Shown: positions 63,600 to 64,000 of the stretch, in pieces
Position numbering within the stretch: position 1 is the first letter of the stretch
Layout of the letters: the number at the start of each line of letters is the position of its first letter
IMG/VR virus record: IMGVR_UViG_3300046533_000211
Location: 33,220 to 97,219 of that record
Strand: one strand, 5' to 3'
Length of the DNA: 64,000 bases
Source: a virus
Taxonomy: Duplodnaviria > Heunggongvirae > Uroviricota > Caudoviricetes
The notes under the pieces: model-generated
What the model saw: only the letters and a program-made list of their open reading frames with translations
The model's database searches: none
What the model was told of the DNA's origin: nothing
Translations under genes and position numbers: made by a program

Positions 63600-64000
63600 A
63601 CTCCGGTGTCAACTAATGGCGTGGCAAATTGGGGGTGCGTGTCTCCGGTCGGTGCGGGCCCGATACCTGAGCTGCGCAGATGCTGGAATTGCCATGTCCG
63701 TGCGGCAAACATCAAGCGGCCCACGTGGCGTGCGATGTGCGTGCAGCATGAAGTGTGAAGCGTATAGCGATCTGCTACATGGTGCGTGAATGTTGTTGTG
63801 CCATATACGTTTTCACGTGCACGTGCACGTGGGATGCTATGCGGCATATACGTTTTCAAAACCATCGTTGACCAGCGACGATGCCGCGATCCGTCGCGTT
63901 TATGCAGGTCAGGCCGTTATTTGGAGGGGGTTTGGGCCGGTCAGCCCCCGTTTTTCGCTAGGTTCAGGGGGGAGATACCAAGACGCCCATCTGTGGTTCT
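63600..64000. promoter_or_regulatory. right-end non-coding control region: CCCACGTGGCGTG element, triple CACGTG repeat, two ATATACGTTTTCA direct repeats, hairpin + T-tract near 63920-63955
   Basis: No credible ORFs; lower GC; repeats read directly. Confidence 0.5.

Noticed and set aside
63920-63955. Possible plus-strand intrinsic terminator (G-rich stem + TTTTT)
   Set aside because: The stem is imperfect and no plus-strand gene ends nearby; kept only as part of the right-end regulatory region.
1-64000. Integrase / attP / tRNA
   Set aside because: No tyrosine or serine recombinase-like ORF and no cloverleaf-like tRNA candidate was recognised by eye. They may lie outside the window or the element may not integrate; I could not run tRNAscan.

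Overview
The whole window reads as a high-GC (about 65%) temperate-style siphovirus genome or prophage of an actinobacterial host (Mycobacterium/Gordonia/Rhodococcus-like), with no host housekeeping genes. All calls come from reading the sequence and ORF translations by eye; no database search was possible.

Layout:
- 1-8604 (+ strand): early/replication genes. A RecT-like annealing protein, a putative replication initiator with an iteron/palindrome origin embedded in its coding sequence, an HNH endonuclease, and many small Cys-rich proteins.
- 8810-9779: a divergent HTH pair (an XRE-type repressor-like gene on the minus strand, a Cro/Xis-like gene on the plus strand) whose intergenic region carries recurring short motifs.
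- 10171-40556 (minus strand): the structural and lysis module, transcribed right to left. In that order it runs from a major capsid protein with a delta-like N-terminal domain, through head-tail connector, major tail protein and tail assembly chaperones (with a programmed frameshift overlap), a 1464-aa tape measure protein with an SLT domain, Dit/Tal-like proteins and a long run of glycine-rich and repeat-containing minor tail proteins, to an 852-aa endolysin that fuses LysA-type GH25-like and C39-like domains to a LysB-type GYSQG esterase, and finally the holins.
- 47701-53548 (minus strand): prohead protease, portal, TerL and TerS, upstream of the capsid gene.
- Forward-strand islands interrupt the structural module: 40740-42471 (SAM methyltransferase, 304-aa unknown, zinc ribbon), 44625-46733 (two tandem ParB-like genes and a 334-aa unknown) and 54996-56137.
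- 53559-54956: a methyltransferase-glycosyltransferase (GT2) fusion immediately upstream of TerS.
- 56134-63546: a long leftward operon of small early-type genes, including an HTH protein, an SPFH/band-7 membrane protein and zinc ribbons.

Other points:
- The non-coding DNA is unusually structured. A promoter-leader cassette of about 75 bp is duplicated almost exactly upstream of two genes (43508-44176 and 47027-47286). Two identical terminator hairpins sit at 8617-8656 and 43455-43495. Short motifs (GCATAG, AATGCCTAG, palindromic CTAGCAT..ATGCTAG, CCCACGTGGCGTG/CACGTG) recur in at least six intergenic regions. Three 23-bp direct repeats plus a 15-bp palindrome lie in the capsid/methyltransferase divergent region.
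- No integrase, attP, tRNA or CRISPR array was recognised in the window.
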